Positions 1 through 9,895 of a DNA stretch of 33,769 nt are shown one piece after another. How positions within the stretch are numbered: the first letter of the stretch is position 1; the number at the start of each line of letters is the position of its first letter. The position numbers were made by a program, and so were the translations under genes. Source of the DNA: Gemmatimonadota bacterium (GTDB lineage Bacteria; 4572-55; J002); NCBI GenBank assembly GCA_003697105.1, contig RFFQ01000193.1, forward strand, positions 1 to 33,769, given 5' to 3'. Under the pieces are notes generated by a model. That model did no database searches and had not been told where the DNA came from. It was given only the letters and a program-made list of their open reading frames with translations.

Positions 1-87
1 CCCCAACTCCCGAACTTGTCAAACTCCCCAACTCCCGAACTCGTCAAACTCCCCAACTCGTAAAACTCCCGAACTCCCCAACTCAAC
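1..87. repeat. Degenerate 8-9 bp tandem repeat (units ending in AACT) with a 25-bp higher-order duplication; may be truncated by the window edge
   Basis: Units read CCCCAACT CCCGAACT TGTCAAACT CCCCAACT CCCGAACT CGTCAAACT CCCCAACT CGTAAAACT CCCGAACT CCCCAACT; 1-25 and 26-50 differ at one base. Confidence 0.85.
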
Positions 88-88
88 A

Positions 89-1009
89 TCATTTTTTCGG
101 TTTAACCAAATTTTTTAACACATGTCCTGCTAGTGCTGGATTTTCCTTGAGGCGACGGGTACAGTAACCGTACCAATCTTTACCAAACGGCACATAGACT
201 CGTACTCGATGCCCGTTTGCCTGAATTTTACGCCGTAAATCTGGTAGAACACCGAGGAGCATCTGGTATTCATATTGGTCAGGTTGTGCATTGTATTTTT
301 TGATGATTTTTTCCGTTTCAGTCACTACCCATTCATCATGGGTAGCAATGCCGACGTAACGTCCATTTTTGATCATCATTTCTACTAAATCCACAAAACT
401 TTGGCGGATTTCTTGCCGGTCTTTGAAGGCAATTTCTTCTGGTTCGATGTAAATCCCCTTACAAATGCGTAAATTGGGGTCTGGTTTAGCGGGCGCTTCC
501 TGAATTAATCGTTGAACATCCGCCATGCTACGTCGCAGATATGCCTGAATCACTAAGCCGGTTTTAGGGAACTGTTTACGGGCACGCTCGTAAATCTCGA
601 TGGTGTCATCTGTACATGCCGAATCTTCCATATCGATCCGGACAAAGTTATTGTATTTAGAATTGGCGTAGCCGATCAAATTCATCACGCTATCCGCACA
701 AAATTCTTTATCCAGAAGTAACCCAAACGCTGTCAGTTTAATAGAGATATTGGCCTCCAGTTGCTCCTTATCAATGACATCCAAGACCTTTTTATAGGTT
801 TCGACGGTGGGTGCAACTTGGTCGGTACTGTGGATAAATTCGCCCAGTACATCAATGGTTGCCATGACCTTTTCTGCGTTGAGTTCTTTAACCACCCGTA
901 CGGCATCATCGATTGTATTGCCCGCCACATAGGGCTTTGAAAATTGCCAAACCAGTGGTTTGGGGACATACGGTAATGTCCGTGCGATTAATTTATCAAA
1001 TACCGTCAT
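89..1009 (-). CDS. Monofunctional proline dehydrogenase (PRODH)
   Basis: 306 aa with PRODH motifs DVLGE, SIKLT, RIDMED, VIQAYLRR, RICKGIY, IATHD, YQMLLG, VYVPFG, RRLKENP. Confidence 0.93.
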   Translation of the reverse strand: MTVFDKLIARTLPYVPKPLVWQFSKPYVAGNTIDDAVRVVKELNAEKVMATIDVLGEFIHSTDQVAPTVETYKKVLDVIDKEQLEANISIKLTAFGLLLDKEFCADSVMNLIGYANSKYNNFVRIDMEDSACTDDTIEIYERARKQFPKTGLVIQAYLRRSMADVQRLIQEAPAKPDPNLRICKGIYIEPEEIAFKDRQEIRQSFVDLVEMMIKNGRYVGIATHDEWVVTETEKIIKKYNAQPDQYEYQMLLGVLPDLRRKIQANGHRVRVYVPFGKDWYGYCTRRLKENPALAGHVLKNLVKPKK

Positions 1010-1192
1010 CGGCTTGTTCCTTCCAGATTTAGTTAAAAGGGCTATATCTAAAAGACTATTAAAATCAATAGGTTATTACGTTATAATTTCAATAAAATAG
1101 GTTTGCACTCACGGTTCGTCAATGGTTTTCTTGGGGTGTTGCGGTGACGCTATGCAAGTTTGCTAGTACTAGATATATAGTTCTTTTTCAGA

Positions 1193-1221
1193 TTGACAAT
1201 CGCATGATTTCATGTTATAAA
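1193..1221 (+). promoter_or_regulatory. Putative sigma70 promoter of sdhCAB
   Basis: TTGACA (1193-1198), 17-nt spacer, TATAAA (1216-1221) preceded by TG; CATGA-N2-TCATG palindrome in the spacer. Confidence 0.6.
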
Positions 1222-1280
1222 TATCGTCCTGTATCCGTTTTATCCTATTTTCTGATTGTTCCCAAGGAGGTTTAAGGCGT

Positions 1281-1934
1281 ATGACGCTCGTTAAACAGAT
1301 TTTTGGCACCTCTGTCGGCAGGAAACAGGTAGTTGGGTTGACCAGTTTGGTTCTCTGTCTGTTTATCGTCGGGCATCTGATTGGAAATTACTATCTGTTG
1401 TTCGGCGAAGCTGCTTTTGACGGCTATGCTCAAAAATTATATCATCTTGGTTATCTGCTTTACATGATTGAAATTGGGCTTGTAACCGCATTTGTTCTTC
1501 ATTTTACTTTAGCGATGAGTCTTGCCCTAAAAAACATGAGTGCGCGTCAAAGTCGCTATGCGGTCGCCGGTTCTAAGGGGGGTGCTACGTGGTTTTCCCG
1601 AACCATGGCTATCACTGGCACCTGGATTTTAATCTTTTTGATTCTTCACCTGATTCATTTCAAGTTTGCACCTCGTGATCATCATTATGAATTGTATCAT
1701 ATCGTGGATCAATTTTTCGCGAGTAAAGCCTACGTGGTGTACTACGTCATCTCGGTGTGTTGTGTGGGATTTCATGTGATGCACGGTTTCCAAAGTGCAT
1801 TTCAGACCCTTGGCATTTATCGGGATGATATTAAGCCCGGTTTAGAAAAACTAAGTGTGGCGTTCGGCGTTATCGTTGCCGTGGGCTACAGCGTACTCCC
1901 GATTTTTATGACCCTAACCGAAGCGAAACCTTAA
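1281..1934 (+). CDS. sdhC: Succinate dehydrogenase/fumarate reductase cytochrome b subunit (b558 type)
   Basis: Five hydrophobic segments with His ligands ([33 protein letters not shown]); SD AAGGAGG; first gene of the sdh operon. Confidence 0.92.
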   Translation: MTLVKQIFGTSVGRKQVVGLTSLVLCLFIVGHLIGNYYLLFGEAAFDGYAQKLYHLGYLLYMIEIGLVTAFVLHFTLAMSLALKNMSARQSRYAVAGSKGGATWFSRTMAITGTWILIFLILHLIHFKFAPRDHHYELYHIVDQFFASKAYVVYYVISVCCVGFHVMHGFQSAFQTLGIYRDDIKPGLEKLSVAFGVIVAVGYSVLPIFMTLTEAKP

Positions 1935-1947
1935 GGAGGTGCAACCG

Positions 1948-3870
1948 ATGCTAGATTCTAAGATTCCGGCAGGACCCTTGACCGAAAAATGGGACAAGCA
2001 CCGCATGAACATCAAATTGGTGAATCCTGCCAATAAGCGGAAATTTACGATTTTAGTCGTGGGTACCGGCCTCGCCGGGGCATCTGCTTCTGCCTCGCTG
2101 GCGGAGTTGGGGTACAACGTGATCACGCTAACCTACCATGATACCCCGCGCCGGGCGCATAGTATTGCTGCTCAGGGGGGCATCAACGCGGCAAAAAATT
2201 ATCCCAATGATGGAGATACTATTTGGCGATTATTTTATGATACCATCAAAGGGGGTGACTTCCGGGCACGGGAAGCGAATGTCTATCGACTTGCGCAAGT
2301 CAGCAATAATATTATCGACCAATGTGTGGCACAAGGGGTGCCGTTTGCGCGGGATTACGGAGGGTTGCTGGCGAACCGCTCCTTTGGTGGGGCGTTGGTT
2401 TCACGCACCTTTTACGCTCGCGGACAGACCGGACAGCAGTTGTTGCTGGGAGCGTACAGTGCGATGATGCGCCAAGTCGCCTTAGGCAAAGTGAAACTTA
2501 TGACACGCCGGGAGATGCTGGATGTCGTCATCCACAACGGACGGGCTCGGGGTGTGATCGCTCGAAACATGCTCAACGGGCAGATTGAACCCTACACGGC
2601 GGATGCGGTTGTCTTAGCCACCGGCGGCTACGGCAATGTCTATTTCCTTTCGACAAATGCGAAAGCCTGTAATGTGTCGGCGGCGTATCGTGCTCATAAA
2701 AAGGGTGCGTTCTTCGCAAATCCGTGTTATGTGCAAATTCACCCGACTTGTTTACCCGTTCACGGTGATATTCAATCTAAACTGACCTTGATGAGCGAAA
2801 GCTTACGGAATGATGGCCGGGTGTGGGTTCCCAAGAATAAAGGCGACAAGCGTCCTCCTGCAGAAATCCCGGAAGCGGATCGGGATTATTATTTGGAACG
2901 CAAATATCCAAGTTTTGGGAATCTGGTCCCGCGGGATGTGGCATCCCGGAATGCCAAGTATGTTTGTGATGAAGGGCGCGGTGTGGGTGAAACCGGACTC
3001 GCCGTCTATCTGGATTTTGCCGATGCCATCCAGCGTGATGGGGAAGAGACCATCCGGGCGAAGTACGGCAATCTGTTCCACATGTACGAAAAAATTACCG
3101 GGGAAAATCCCTATCGTGTTCCCATGAAAATCTTCCCAGCGGTACACTACACAATGGGCGGCTTGTGGGTTGATTATAACCTGATGACAACGGTCCCGGG
3201 TCTGTATGCCTTAGGGGAGTGCAACTTCTCCGATCATGGTGCGAACCGGCTGGGAGCAAGCGCCTTAATGCAGGGTCTTGCGGATGGTTATTTCGTGATT
3301 CCCTATACCATCGGGGATTATCTGGCAACTGCTTGGGGCGACCTGCGAAAACATGATGTCACCCCAGAAACCGCGGAATTCAAGGACGCGGTAAAAGATG
3401 CAACCGATAAAACCGAAAAATTACTGGCACTGAACGGCGAACGCACGGTCGATTCCATCCACCGCGAATTGGGTATGCTGATGTGGGATAAATGCGGTAT
3501 GTCCCGCACCAAGGAAGGGTTAGAAGAGGCGGCGGCGAAAATACCGCAAATCCGCGAAGAATTCTGGAGAAATGCGAAAGTGCCGGGTCGCGGTGCTGAA
3601 CTAAATCAAGAGTTGGAAAAAGCCGGTCGTGTTGCCGACTTCCTTGAATTTGCCGAATTGATTGTCCAAGATGCCTTACACCGGGAAGAATCCTGTGGCG
3701 GACACTTCCGCGAAGAATATCAGACACCCGAAGGCGAAGCTTTGCGAAATGACGAGGAATTTGCCTACGTCGCGGCATGGGAATATAACGGCGTGGGAGA
3801 AGCCGCGACCTTGCATAAAGAAGAACTAAAATTTGAAAATGTCGAACTGACGCAGCGCAGCTATAAATAG
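1948..3870 (+). CDS. sdhA: Succinate dehydrogenase/fumarate reductase flavoprotein subunit
   Basis: GTGLAG FAD motif, [37 protein letters not shown]; start set at ATG 1948, 8 nt after AGGAGG. Confidence 0.96.
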   Translation: MLDSKIPAGPLTEKWDKHRMNIKLVNPANKRKFTILVVGTGLAGASASASLAELGYNVITLTYHDTPRRAHSIAAQGGINAAKNYPNDGDTIWRLFYDTIKGGDFRAREANVYRLAQVSNNIIDQCVAQGVPFARDYGGLLANRSFGGALVSRTFYARGQTGQQLLLGAYSAMMRQVALGKVKLMTRREMLDVVIHNGRARGVIARNMLNGQIEPYTADAVVLATGGYGNVYFLSTNAKACNVSAAYRAHKKGAFFANPCYVQIHPTCLPVHGDIQSKLTLMSESLRNDGRVWVPKNKGDKRPPAEIPEADRDYYLERKYPSFGNLVPRDVASRNAKYVCDEGRGVGETGLAVYLDFADAIQRDGEETIRAKYGNLFHMYEKITGENPYRVPMKIFPAVHYTMGGLWVDYNLMTTVPGLYALGECNFSDHGANRLGASALMQGLADGYFVIPYTIGDYLATAWGDLRKHDVTPETAEFKDAVKDATDKTEKLLALNGERTVDSIHRELGMLMWDKCGMSRTKEGLEEAAAKIPQIREEFWRNAKVPGRGAELNQELEKAGRVADFLEFAELIVQDALHREESCGGHFREEYQTPEGEALRNDEEFAYVAAWEYNGVGEAATLHKEELKFENVELTQRSYK

Positions 3871-3879
3871 GAGGGAAAT

Positions 3880-4644
3880 ATGAGTAGCAATGGAAACCTG
3901 TTACAGCTAAAACTTAGGGTGTGGCGTCAGAAAGGTCCGGATGATGCCGGCAAATTGGTGGAATACCAACTGGATGATGTCTCGCCGGATATGTCCTTTT
4001 TGGAAATGCTGGATCATCTCAATGCGAAACTGATTCTGGAAGGTCAAGAACCCATCGCATTTGAACACGACTGCCGCGAAGGTATCTGTGGCGCCTGTGG
4101 CGCCGTCGTTAATGGGATGTCACACGGACAGGAAAAAGGTACGACGCTGTGTCAGTTGCACATGCGCAAGTTCCGAAATGGTGAAACTATCACTATCGAA
4201 CCTTTTCGGGCAAGTGCCTTTCCAATTATCAAAGATTTAGTCGTGGATCGATCGGCGTTTGACCAGATCATTCGAGCCGGTGGCTATATTTCGGTAAATA
4301 CCGGTAATGCGCCAGATGCCAATGCGATCCCGATTGGTAAGGATAAAGCCGATCTCGCCTTTGATGCCGCGACCTGCATTGGTTGTGGTGCATGTGTTGC
4401 CGCGTGTCCCAATGCTTCGGCGATGCTCTTTCTCTCGGCGAAAGTGTCGCAGTTTGCTTTACTGCCGCAAGGTCGCCCGGAAGCTGCCAGACGGGTCAAA
4501 AGTATGGTGGCGATGCATGATGAATTGGGTTTTGGATCGTGTACGAATCATGGCGAATGTTCTACGGCGTGCCCTAAAGAAATCTCATTGGCGAATATTG
4601 CGCGCCTGAATCGGGAGTTTGCAAAATCGTTGATTTCGGTATAA
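3880..4644 (+). CDS. sdhB: Succinate dehydrogenase/fumarate reductase iron-sulfur subunit
   Basis: CREGICGAC...C (2Fe-2S), [12 protein letters not shown] and [12 protein letters not shown] cluster motifs. Confidence 0.96.
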   Translation: MSSNGNLLQLKLRVWRQKGPDDAGKLVEYQLDDVSPDMSFLEMLDHLNAKLILEGQEPIAFEHDCREGICGACGAVVNGMSHGQEKGTTLCQLHMRKFRNGETITIEPFRASAFPIIKDLVVDRSAFDQIIRAGGYISVNTGNAPDANAIPIGKDKADLAFDAATCIGCGACVAACPNASAMLFLSAKVSQFALLPQGRPEAARRVKSMVAMHDELGFGSCTNHGECSTACPKEISLANIARLNREFAKSLISV

Positions 4645-4697
4645 ATGCCAGCCTGTCCTTTGAGGATTGGCAGTTCTTCGCCATACCAAATTCCGGC

Positions 4698-4730
4698 AAA
4701 CCCGATCTTGTTACAGAGATCGGGTTTTTT
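4698..4730 (+). terminator. Rho-independent terminator of sdhCAB
   Basis: AAACCCGATCT / AGATCGGGTTT inverted repeat running into a T tract. Confidence 0.8.
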
Positions 4731-4764
4731 GTTGGCGATCATTTTAAACCGGGGAGGATTTATC

Positions 4765-5165
4765 GTGCCGCGTCACCGGTTGTTATACGGTCTATTGTTG
4801 TTGCTCGTTATGGGGTTGGGGTTATCATCCCGGCAACCCTTTATGCCCCAGCTAGTGCGGCTTTACGCAGGTGATACACTTTGGTCGCTGATGGTTTTTC
4901 TGCTGGTCGGGCTTTTTTTCCAAAGCTTCCCACCCGGTTGGTTGCACTATACGCCGGTATGTTCTCTTTGTTGATCGAATTAAGCCAGTTTTATCATGCC
5001 CCGTGGATTGATGCGATTCGTGCCACCCGAATCGGCGGCTTAGTTCTGGGTTTCGGTTTTTTGTGGCGCGACCTCGTGTGTTACGCGCTTGGTATTATGG
5101 GGGGTGTTGTTATCGATGTGGCACTTCGGTCTGTCCACCAGCCTCATGAGAATCAGGACGGGTGA
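4765..5165 (+). pseudogene. DUF2809 (YjgA-like) membrane protein split by a frameshift at T7 (4913-4919)
   Basis: GTG 4765 after GGAGG; first frame gives ...YAGDTLWSLMVFLLVGLFF and the -1 frame continues FPKLPT...IELSQFYHAPWIDAIRATRIGGLVLGFGFLWRDLVCYALG; both halves look like DUF2809. Confidence 0.75.
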
Positions 5166-5323
5166 CACCTCTCCGGTTCGATGCCGCCGCAGACCGCCAA
5201 CTCATCACTTCTTCACAAATTTCGGGTTCAGGTGTTGTCGTACTTTCAAAGTGCGTCGTACCTGAAAAAGGAAGGCACAAAAAAAAGATCCATTGGGGGG
5301 CATTCCCAAATGGCTCTCTTTTC

Positions 5324-5372
5324 AAAATAAAAATAACCGTAAGCTTATGATAAACTTACGGTTATTTATTTT
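5324..5372. terminator. Probable bidirectional terminator downstream of tRNA-Leu
   Basis: AAATAACCGTAAG (5331-5343) / CTTACGGTTATTT (5355-5367) perfect inverted repeat flanked by A/T tracts, between convergent genes. Confidence 0.7.
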
Positions 5373-5373
5373 A

Positions 5374-5459
5374 TGGTGCCCCTGAGAGGACTCGAACCTC
5401 CACGCCCTTTCGGGCACAGATCCTTAGTCTGCCGTGTATACCAATTCCACCACAGGGGC
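5374..5459 (-). tRNA. tRNA-Leu, anticodon AAG, CCA encoded
   Basis: Minus strand GCCCCTG...CAGGGGC-A-CCA acceptor; D loop GGAATTGGTATAC; anticodon arm GCAGA-CTAAGGA-TCTGT; long variable arm GCCC-GAAA-GGGC; T loop GGTTCGAGTCC. Confidence 0.95.
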
Positions 5460-5475
5460 ATCTTTAGCGGCGGTA

Positions 5476-5504
5476 TAATTAGCGGATAATCGCCCAAAAG
5501 TCAA
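5476..5504 (-). promoter_or_regulatory. Possible sigma70 promoter of tRNA-Leu
   Basis: Minus strand TTGACT-N17-TAATTA followed by a GC-rich discriminator-like CCGCCGC; the -10 match is weak. Confidence 0.35.
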
Positions 5505-5989
5505 GATTTTTTTTCGGCAAATTTCGTTTGTAATTGAGCCAGCACATACGAGGGTACCAGTGTGGAAATATCGCCTCCCAGACTGGAGACTTCTCGAACC
5601 ATGCTGGAACTTAAATAGGTATATTCTTGAGAAGGCATCATAAACACGGTTTCCAGATTCGGTGCTAAGTTGCGGTTCATCAGTGCCATCTGAAACTCAA
5701 ATTCATAATCTGATACGGCTCGAATGCCCCGAATAACCGCATCGACGCCTTGTTTTTTGGCAAAATCGACCAATAAGCCTTCAAAATGATCTAGCCTCAC
5801 GTTGGGTAAGGGGGGTAAAACCACTTCCAACATGGCTAATCGCTCTTCCACGGTGAAAAGGGGTTGTTTCCGCCGGTTGATCGCAACGGCTACAATCAGT
5901 TGATCAAATAATTTGGCACTTCGCTGAATTAGGTCAATATGTCCATTGGTAACCGGATCAAATGTTCCGGGATAGAGTGCGGTGCGCAT
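5501..5989 (-). CDS. coaD: Phosphopantetheine adenylyltransferase
   Basis: MRTALYPGTFDPVTNGH, IRGIRAVSDYEFE, SSSMVRE; start reassigned to ATG 5989 to avoid overlap with the upstream gene. Confidence 0.96.
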   Translation of the reverse strand: MRTALYPGTFDPVTNGHIDLIQRSAKLFDQLIVAVAINRRKQPLFTVEERLAMLEVVLPPLPNVRLDHFEGLLVDFAKKQGVDAVIRGIRAVSDYEFEFQMALMNRNLAPNLETVFMMPSQEYTYLSSSMVREVSSLGGDISTLVPSYVLAQLQTKFAEKKS

Positions 5990-5999
5990 CGTGTGTTCC

Positions 6000-7373
6000 T
6001 TACTGGGCGAGTTCATCAAGTAAAATAGCCGATGTTCGGATACCTCGGTAAAAATCACGGATGGAGAATTTTTCATTGGGCGAGTGGACGTTATCATCCG
6101 GTAAACCCCAGCCTAATAACAGGCTGTCACAGCCTAAAATCTTTTTGAATGTGGACACAATTGGGATAGACCCCCCTTCCCGGATCAGCACCGGCTCAAT
6201 ACCAAACCCTTTTTTGATCGCCCGGCGAGCCGCCTTCATGCCGTCACTGGAGCTATCCACCAGAACAGCTTCGGCGGAATGACCCCCCACTTCAAACTCC
6301 AAATAGACCGTATCCGGGCAATTCTCGCGGACGAATGTTTCGATCAGGTGCTCTATTCGGTGCGGGTCTTGGTTTGGGACGAGGCGCATTGTAATTTTGG
6401 CGAATGCTGTCGAGGGGACTATCGTTTTACCCCCTTCACCTTGATAGCCGCCGCCAATACCGTTTACTTCCAGCGTGGGACGAGCCGTTTTCCGTTCCCA
6501 CGTGGTATAGCCGGCTTCCCCATATACTTTCTTGACCCCAGTGTACCGGATAAACTCTTGCTCATCAAAGGGAAGATTGGCGAACATTTCTCGTTCCCAT
6601 GCTTCGAGGTCAAGTACGTTATCGTAAAATCCCGGAATCGCCACCCGACCTTTTTCATCATGCATTTTTGCGATGAGGGCACACAATTCATGCACCGGAT
6701 TGGGCACGGCTCCCCCAAAACTACCGGAGTGTAAATCCCGTTTTGGACCGGTCAGGCGGATTTCACACCCGACAATCCCTTTCAAACCATAGGTGATTGC
6801 CGGTACATTCTCTGCCAGTTGAGCCGTATCCGAAATAATGACATAATCTGCCGCCAGTTCATCTTTATGAGCTTCGATGAAGGGGATCAGATTCGGGCTC
6901 CCAATTTCCTCTTCGCCTTCTAAAATGACTTTGACATTGATGGGGAATTCACCGGCTGTTTTCAGATAGGCTTCTAGCGCCAAGATGTGAGTCAACATTT
7001 GCCCTTTATCATCTGTTGCTCCGCGAGCGTACAGATTTCCGTCGCGTTCGGTCGGTTCAAAGGGTGGTGTTTCCCACAACTCAAACGGCTCTGGTGGCTG
7101 AACGTCGTAGTGCCCATAAATCAGCACGGTTGGTTGTCCCGGTTTCTCGCATTTTTGCCCCATGACTATTGGATGCTTGGCGGTGTCATATAAGGTGGCT
7201 TCAAAGCCAGCATTCGTCAAACGATTTTTGACCCACTCGCCCGCCGCCCGTACATCTGGAGCATGTTCTGATTTCGTGCTGACACTCGGAATTCGCAACA
7301 GTTCTTTCAGAGCTTCCAGATAGTCGGTCTGGTGTTGATCAATATACTCTAAGACGTTGTTAATATTTGACAT
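6000..7373 (-). CDS. M20 family dipeptidase/metallopeptidase
   Basis: YGHYDVQP, ARGATDDKGQ, EGEEEIGS, DLHSG, GGSIP, HSPNE. Confidence 0.93.
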   Translation of the reverse strand: MSNINNVLEYIDQHQTDYLEALKELLRIPSVSTKSEHAPDVRAAGEWVKNRLTNAGFEATLYDTAKHPIVMGQKCEKPGQPTVLIYGHYDVQPPEPFELWETPPFEPTERDGNLYARGATDDKGQMLTHILALEAYLKTAGEFPINVKVILEGEEEIGSPNLIPFIEAHKDELAADYVIISDTAQLAENVPAITYGLKGIVGCEIRLTGPKRDLHSGSFGGAVPNPVHELCALIAKMHDEKGRVAIPGFYDNVLDLEAWEREMFANLPFDEQEFIRYTGVKKVYGEAGYTTWERKTARPTLEVNGIGGGYQGEGGKTIVPSTAFAKITMRLVPNQDPHRIEHLIETFVRENCPDTVYLEFEVGGHSAEAVLVDSSSDGMKAARRAIKKGFGIEPVLIREGGSIPIVSTFKKILGCDSLLLGWGLPDDNVHSPNEKFSIRDFYRGIRTSAILLDELAQ

Positions 7374-7437
7374 AAGTCCTCCTAAATCTTGTGTTGAAAA
7401 ATGCTTTGGGGGAACATCATCGTCCTATAATGTATGG

Positions 7438-8736
7438 TTATTCAATGCCAACCCGCTTAAAAATCGTATCCACATGGCGGAAATGCCGGTGAATATCAAA
7501 TGCCGTTTCAAGGGCTTCTGCATCCAAAACAGCTCTAACGTCATCATCTGCTAAAAGTAATTCTTTCAGGGAGTTGCTTTCTTTATTCCAGACTTTCATG
7601 GCGTTTCGTTGCACCCAACGGTACGCCTTCTCGCGAGAGACGCCGGCTTTTGCTAGTTCTAACAGCACCACCTGCGAGAAAAAGAGATCATTATATTTGT
7701 ACATATTTTCTTGCATGTGTTCGGGATAGACGATCAGATGTTCCATCAAATTGATAAATTTGTGGAGCATGTAATGCAGCGTGATGGTGCTATCCGGTAA
7801 GATAACTCGCTCTACGCTGGAATGGCTGATATCGCGTTCATGCCACAGCGGTACATTTTCCATCGCGGCAAGGGCATTGCCCCGCAGGAGCCGCGCCATC
7901 CCGGAAAGACGTTCACAGATGATTGGGTTACGCTTGTGGGGCATTGCTGAAGAGCCTTTTTGCCCTTGGGAGAAAAACTCCTCTGTTTCCAGCACTTCCG
8001 TGCGCTGTAAATGGCGGATTTCGGTGGCGAATTTATCCAGTGAATTACCGATCAATGCCAGTGTACTCATAAACTCTGCATGGCGGTCTCGCTGGATGAT
8101 CTGGGTCGAGATCGGTGCGGGTTTCAAGCCTAATTTTTGGCAAACATAGGCTTCTACCTGCGGGTCTAAGTGGGCGAATGTGCCTACTGCACCCGAAATT
8201 TGACCCACCGAAATGGTCTCAATCGCCTGCTCCATCCGGCGGATATTACGCTGATTTTCGGCAACCCAGACCGCCAATTTCAGCCCAAACGTGATGGGTT
8301 CCGCGTGGATGCCATGCGACCGCCCGATCATCGGCGTGAATTTGTGCTCTAGGGCACGTTTTTTCAGCACACCGTCCAGTGTTTTCAGTTGGTCGAGGAT
8401 CAGGTTGCCGGCATCACGCAGTTGCAAGGCGAGTCCGGTATCCAGAATATCGGAAGAAGTCATGCCGAGGTGGATATAGCGTGCGGGTTCCCCGACATAC
8501 TCTGCCACGTTGGTCAAAAACGCGATCACATCATGCTTAACTTCTTTTTCGATCTCCAAACAGCGCTCAATGTTAAAATCGGCTTTTTCCCGGATGGTCT
8601 GTGCCGCTTCCTTCGGGATATTGCCCAGTTCTGCCTGTGCTTCACAAGCTAAAATTTCAATCTCCAGCCAATTTTTCAGTTTTTGTTCGTCAGTCCAAAT
8701 GGCGCCCATTTCGGGCAGAGTATAACGAGGGATCAT
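7438..8736 (-). CDS. purB: Adenylosuccinate lyase
   Basis: MIPRY start (AGGAG 6 nt upstream), [46 protein letters not shown]. Confidence 0.97.
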   Translation of the reverse strand: MIPRYTLPEMGAIWTDEQKLKNWLEIEILACEAQAELGNIPKEAAQTIREKADFNIERCLEIEKEVKHDVIAFLTNVAEYVGEPARYIHLGMTSSDILDTGLALQLRDAGNLILDQLKTLDGVLKKRALEHKFTPMIGRSHGIHAEPITFGLKLAVWVAENQRNIRRMEQAIETISVGQISGAVGTFAHLDPQVEAYVCQKLGLKPAPISTQIIQRDRHAEFMSTLALIGNSLDKFATEIRHLQRTEVLETEEFFSQGQKGSSAMPHKRNPIICERLSGMARLLRGNALAAMENVPLWHERDISHSSVERVILPDSTITLHYMLHKFINLMEHLIVYPEHMQENMYKYNDLFFSQVVLLELAKAGVSREKAYRWVQRNAMKVWNKESNSLKELLLADDDVRAVLDAEALETAFDIHRHFRHVDTIFKRVGIE

Positions 8737-8805
8737 AGTCATCTCCTGTGTAGGTCGTCGATTGGGTGAACAATGCTCTCAACTTAGATCAAAACCATGA
8801 GCGGG

Positions 8806-9825
8806 TCAAGCTGAAAATGAGTGTCCCTGCATCCGTTCTAAAATGAGATATGCCATTTTGAGCGCCCGCAACCCATCCTCGCCTGAAACCACGGGGGTTC
8901 TGCCTGCCTGAATGCAATCCACGAAGGACTGCAATTCTAATTTGAGCGGTTCGGTCTCTTTCACCGGTAAGTGTTTCCGCTCGATGAGCATATCAAAGTT
9001 GATATTCATTCCACCGGAAATCGCTTTTTGCGCTAACTCCGTGTAACCTTGCTTAGACTTGCCGATTAGCTGTTTGACCATTGGACTGAGCTTGATGACC
9101 TCCACAGACTTTTTGTGATAATCGAGTGAAATGTAAGCATCCCGTTGGAAAAAACGAATTTTGCGCACCGTTTCACGGGAGACCCGACTGGTGGTGACAT
9201 TGGCAATGCAACCGTTTTCAAATTCAATGCGGGCGTTGGCAATATCTTCGCTGTCTGAAAGGATCGAGGCACCGGCGGCATGGACGGCTTTCGGCTCACT
9301 TTTGACAAAGCTCAAAATGATGTCCAGATCGTGGATCATCAAATCTAGCACGACCGCCACATCCGTACCGCGGGCGACAAAGGGCGCTAACCGGTGGGAT
9401 TCGATAAATAGTGGTGTACCGATGACCCCTTCCATCGCGATCACGGCGGCATTAAAGCGCTCAATGTGCCCGACTTGGATCAACACGCCCTGCTGGTGTG
9501 CCAGATGGAGCAGTTCCTCGGCTTGTTCAATCGTGCTGGTGATGGGTTTTTCGATCAACACGTGTTTGCCGGCTTCTAGTGCGGCTTTTGCCACTTCAAA
9601 ATGCAGTTGGGTTGGCACCGCAATATTAACAGCGTCGCAGTGGGGGATGAGTTCGCGGTAATCCGTATATCCCGGGACATTGTGCCGCCCGGCAATTTCG
9701 GCGGCTCGCTCCGGACTGGCATCTGCAATACCTATCAGTTCCGCATTTTTCAGTTCCGTGTACACCCGCGCGTGGTGCTGCCCCAAATGCCCGGTGCCGA
9801 TAACACCCATTTTTAGTTTTGGCAT
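8806..9825 (-). CDS. Gfo/Idh/MocA NAD-dependent oxidoreductase (GnnA-like sugar-nucleotide dehydrogenase)
   Basis: GVIGTGHLG, EKPI, VGHIERFN, DVAVVLDLMIHDLD; start at ATG 9825 with GAGGA SD. Confidence 0.85.
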   Translation of the reverse strand: MPKLKMGVIGTGHLGQHHARVYTELKNAELIGIADASPERAAEIAGRHNVPGYTDYRELIPHCDAVNIAVPTQLHFEVAKAALEAGKHVLIEKPITSTIEQAEELLHLAHQQGVLIQVGHIERFNAAVIAMEGVIGTPLFIESHRLAPFVARGTDVAVVLDLMIHDLDIILSFVKSEPKAVHAAGASILSDSEDIANARIEFENGCIANVTTSRVSRETVRKIRFFQRDAYISLDYHKKSVEVIKLSPMVKQLIGKSKQGYTELAQKAISGGMNINFDMLIERKHLPVKETEPLKLELQSFVDCIQAGRTPVVSGEDGLRALKMAYLILERMQGHSFSA

Positions 9826-9895
9826 GGTGATAATCCTCTTTGTTGGGTCAAAAAACAATGATTAGGTGAAGACAGGTGGTGATCCGTTTCAAGGC

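Noticed and set aside
1-87. CRISPR array
   Set aside because: Units are 8-9 nt with no unique spacers, and no cas genes are in the window
1063-1172. IHF-like AATCAATAGGTTA (1063-1075) and CTAGTACTAG palindrome (1163-1172) in the PRODH-sdh divergent region
   Set aside because: Short matches in AT-rich DNA with no supporting sigma54 site or second copy; may be chance
5990-6097. N-terminal extension of coaD
   Set aside because: Overlaps the M20 peptidase 3' end; CoaD homology starts at MRTALYPG
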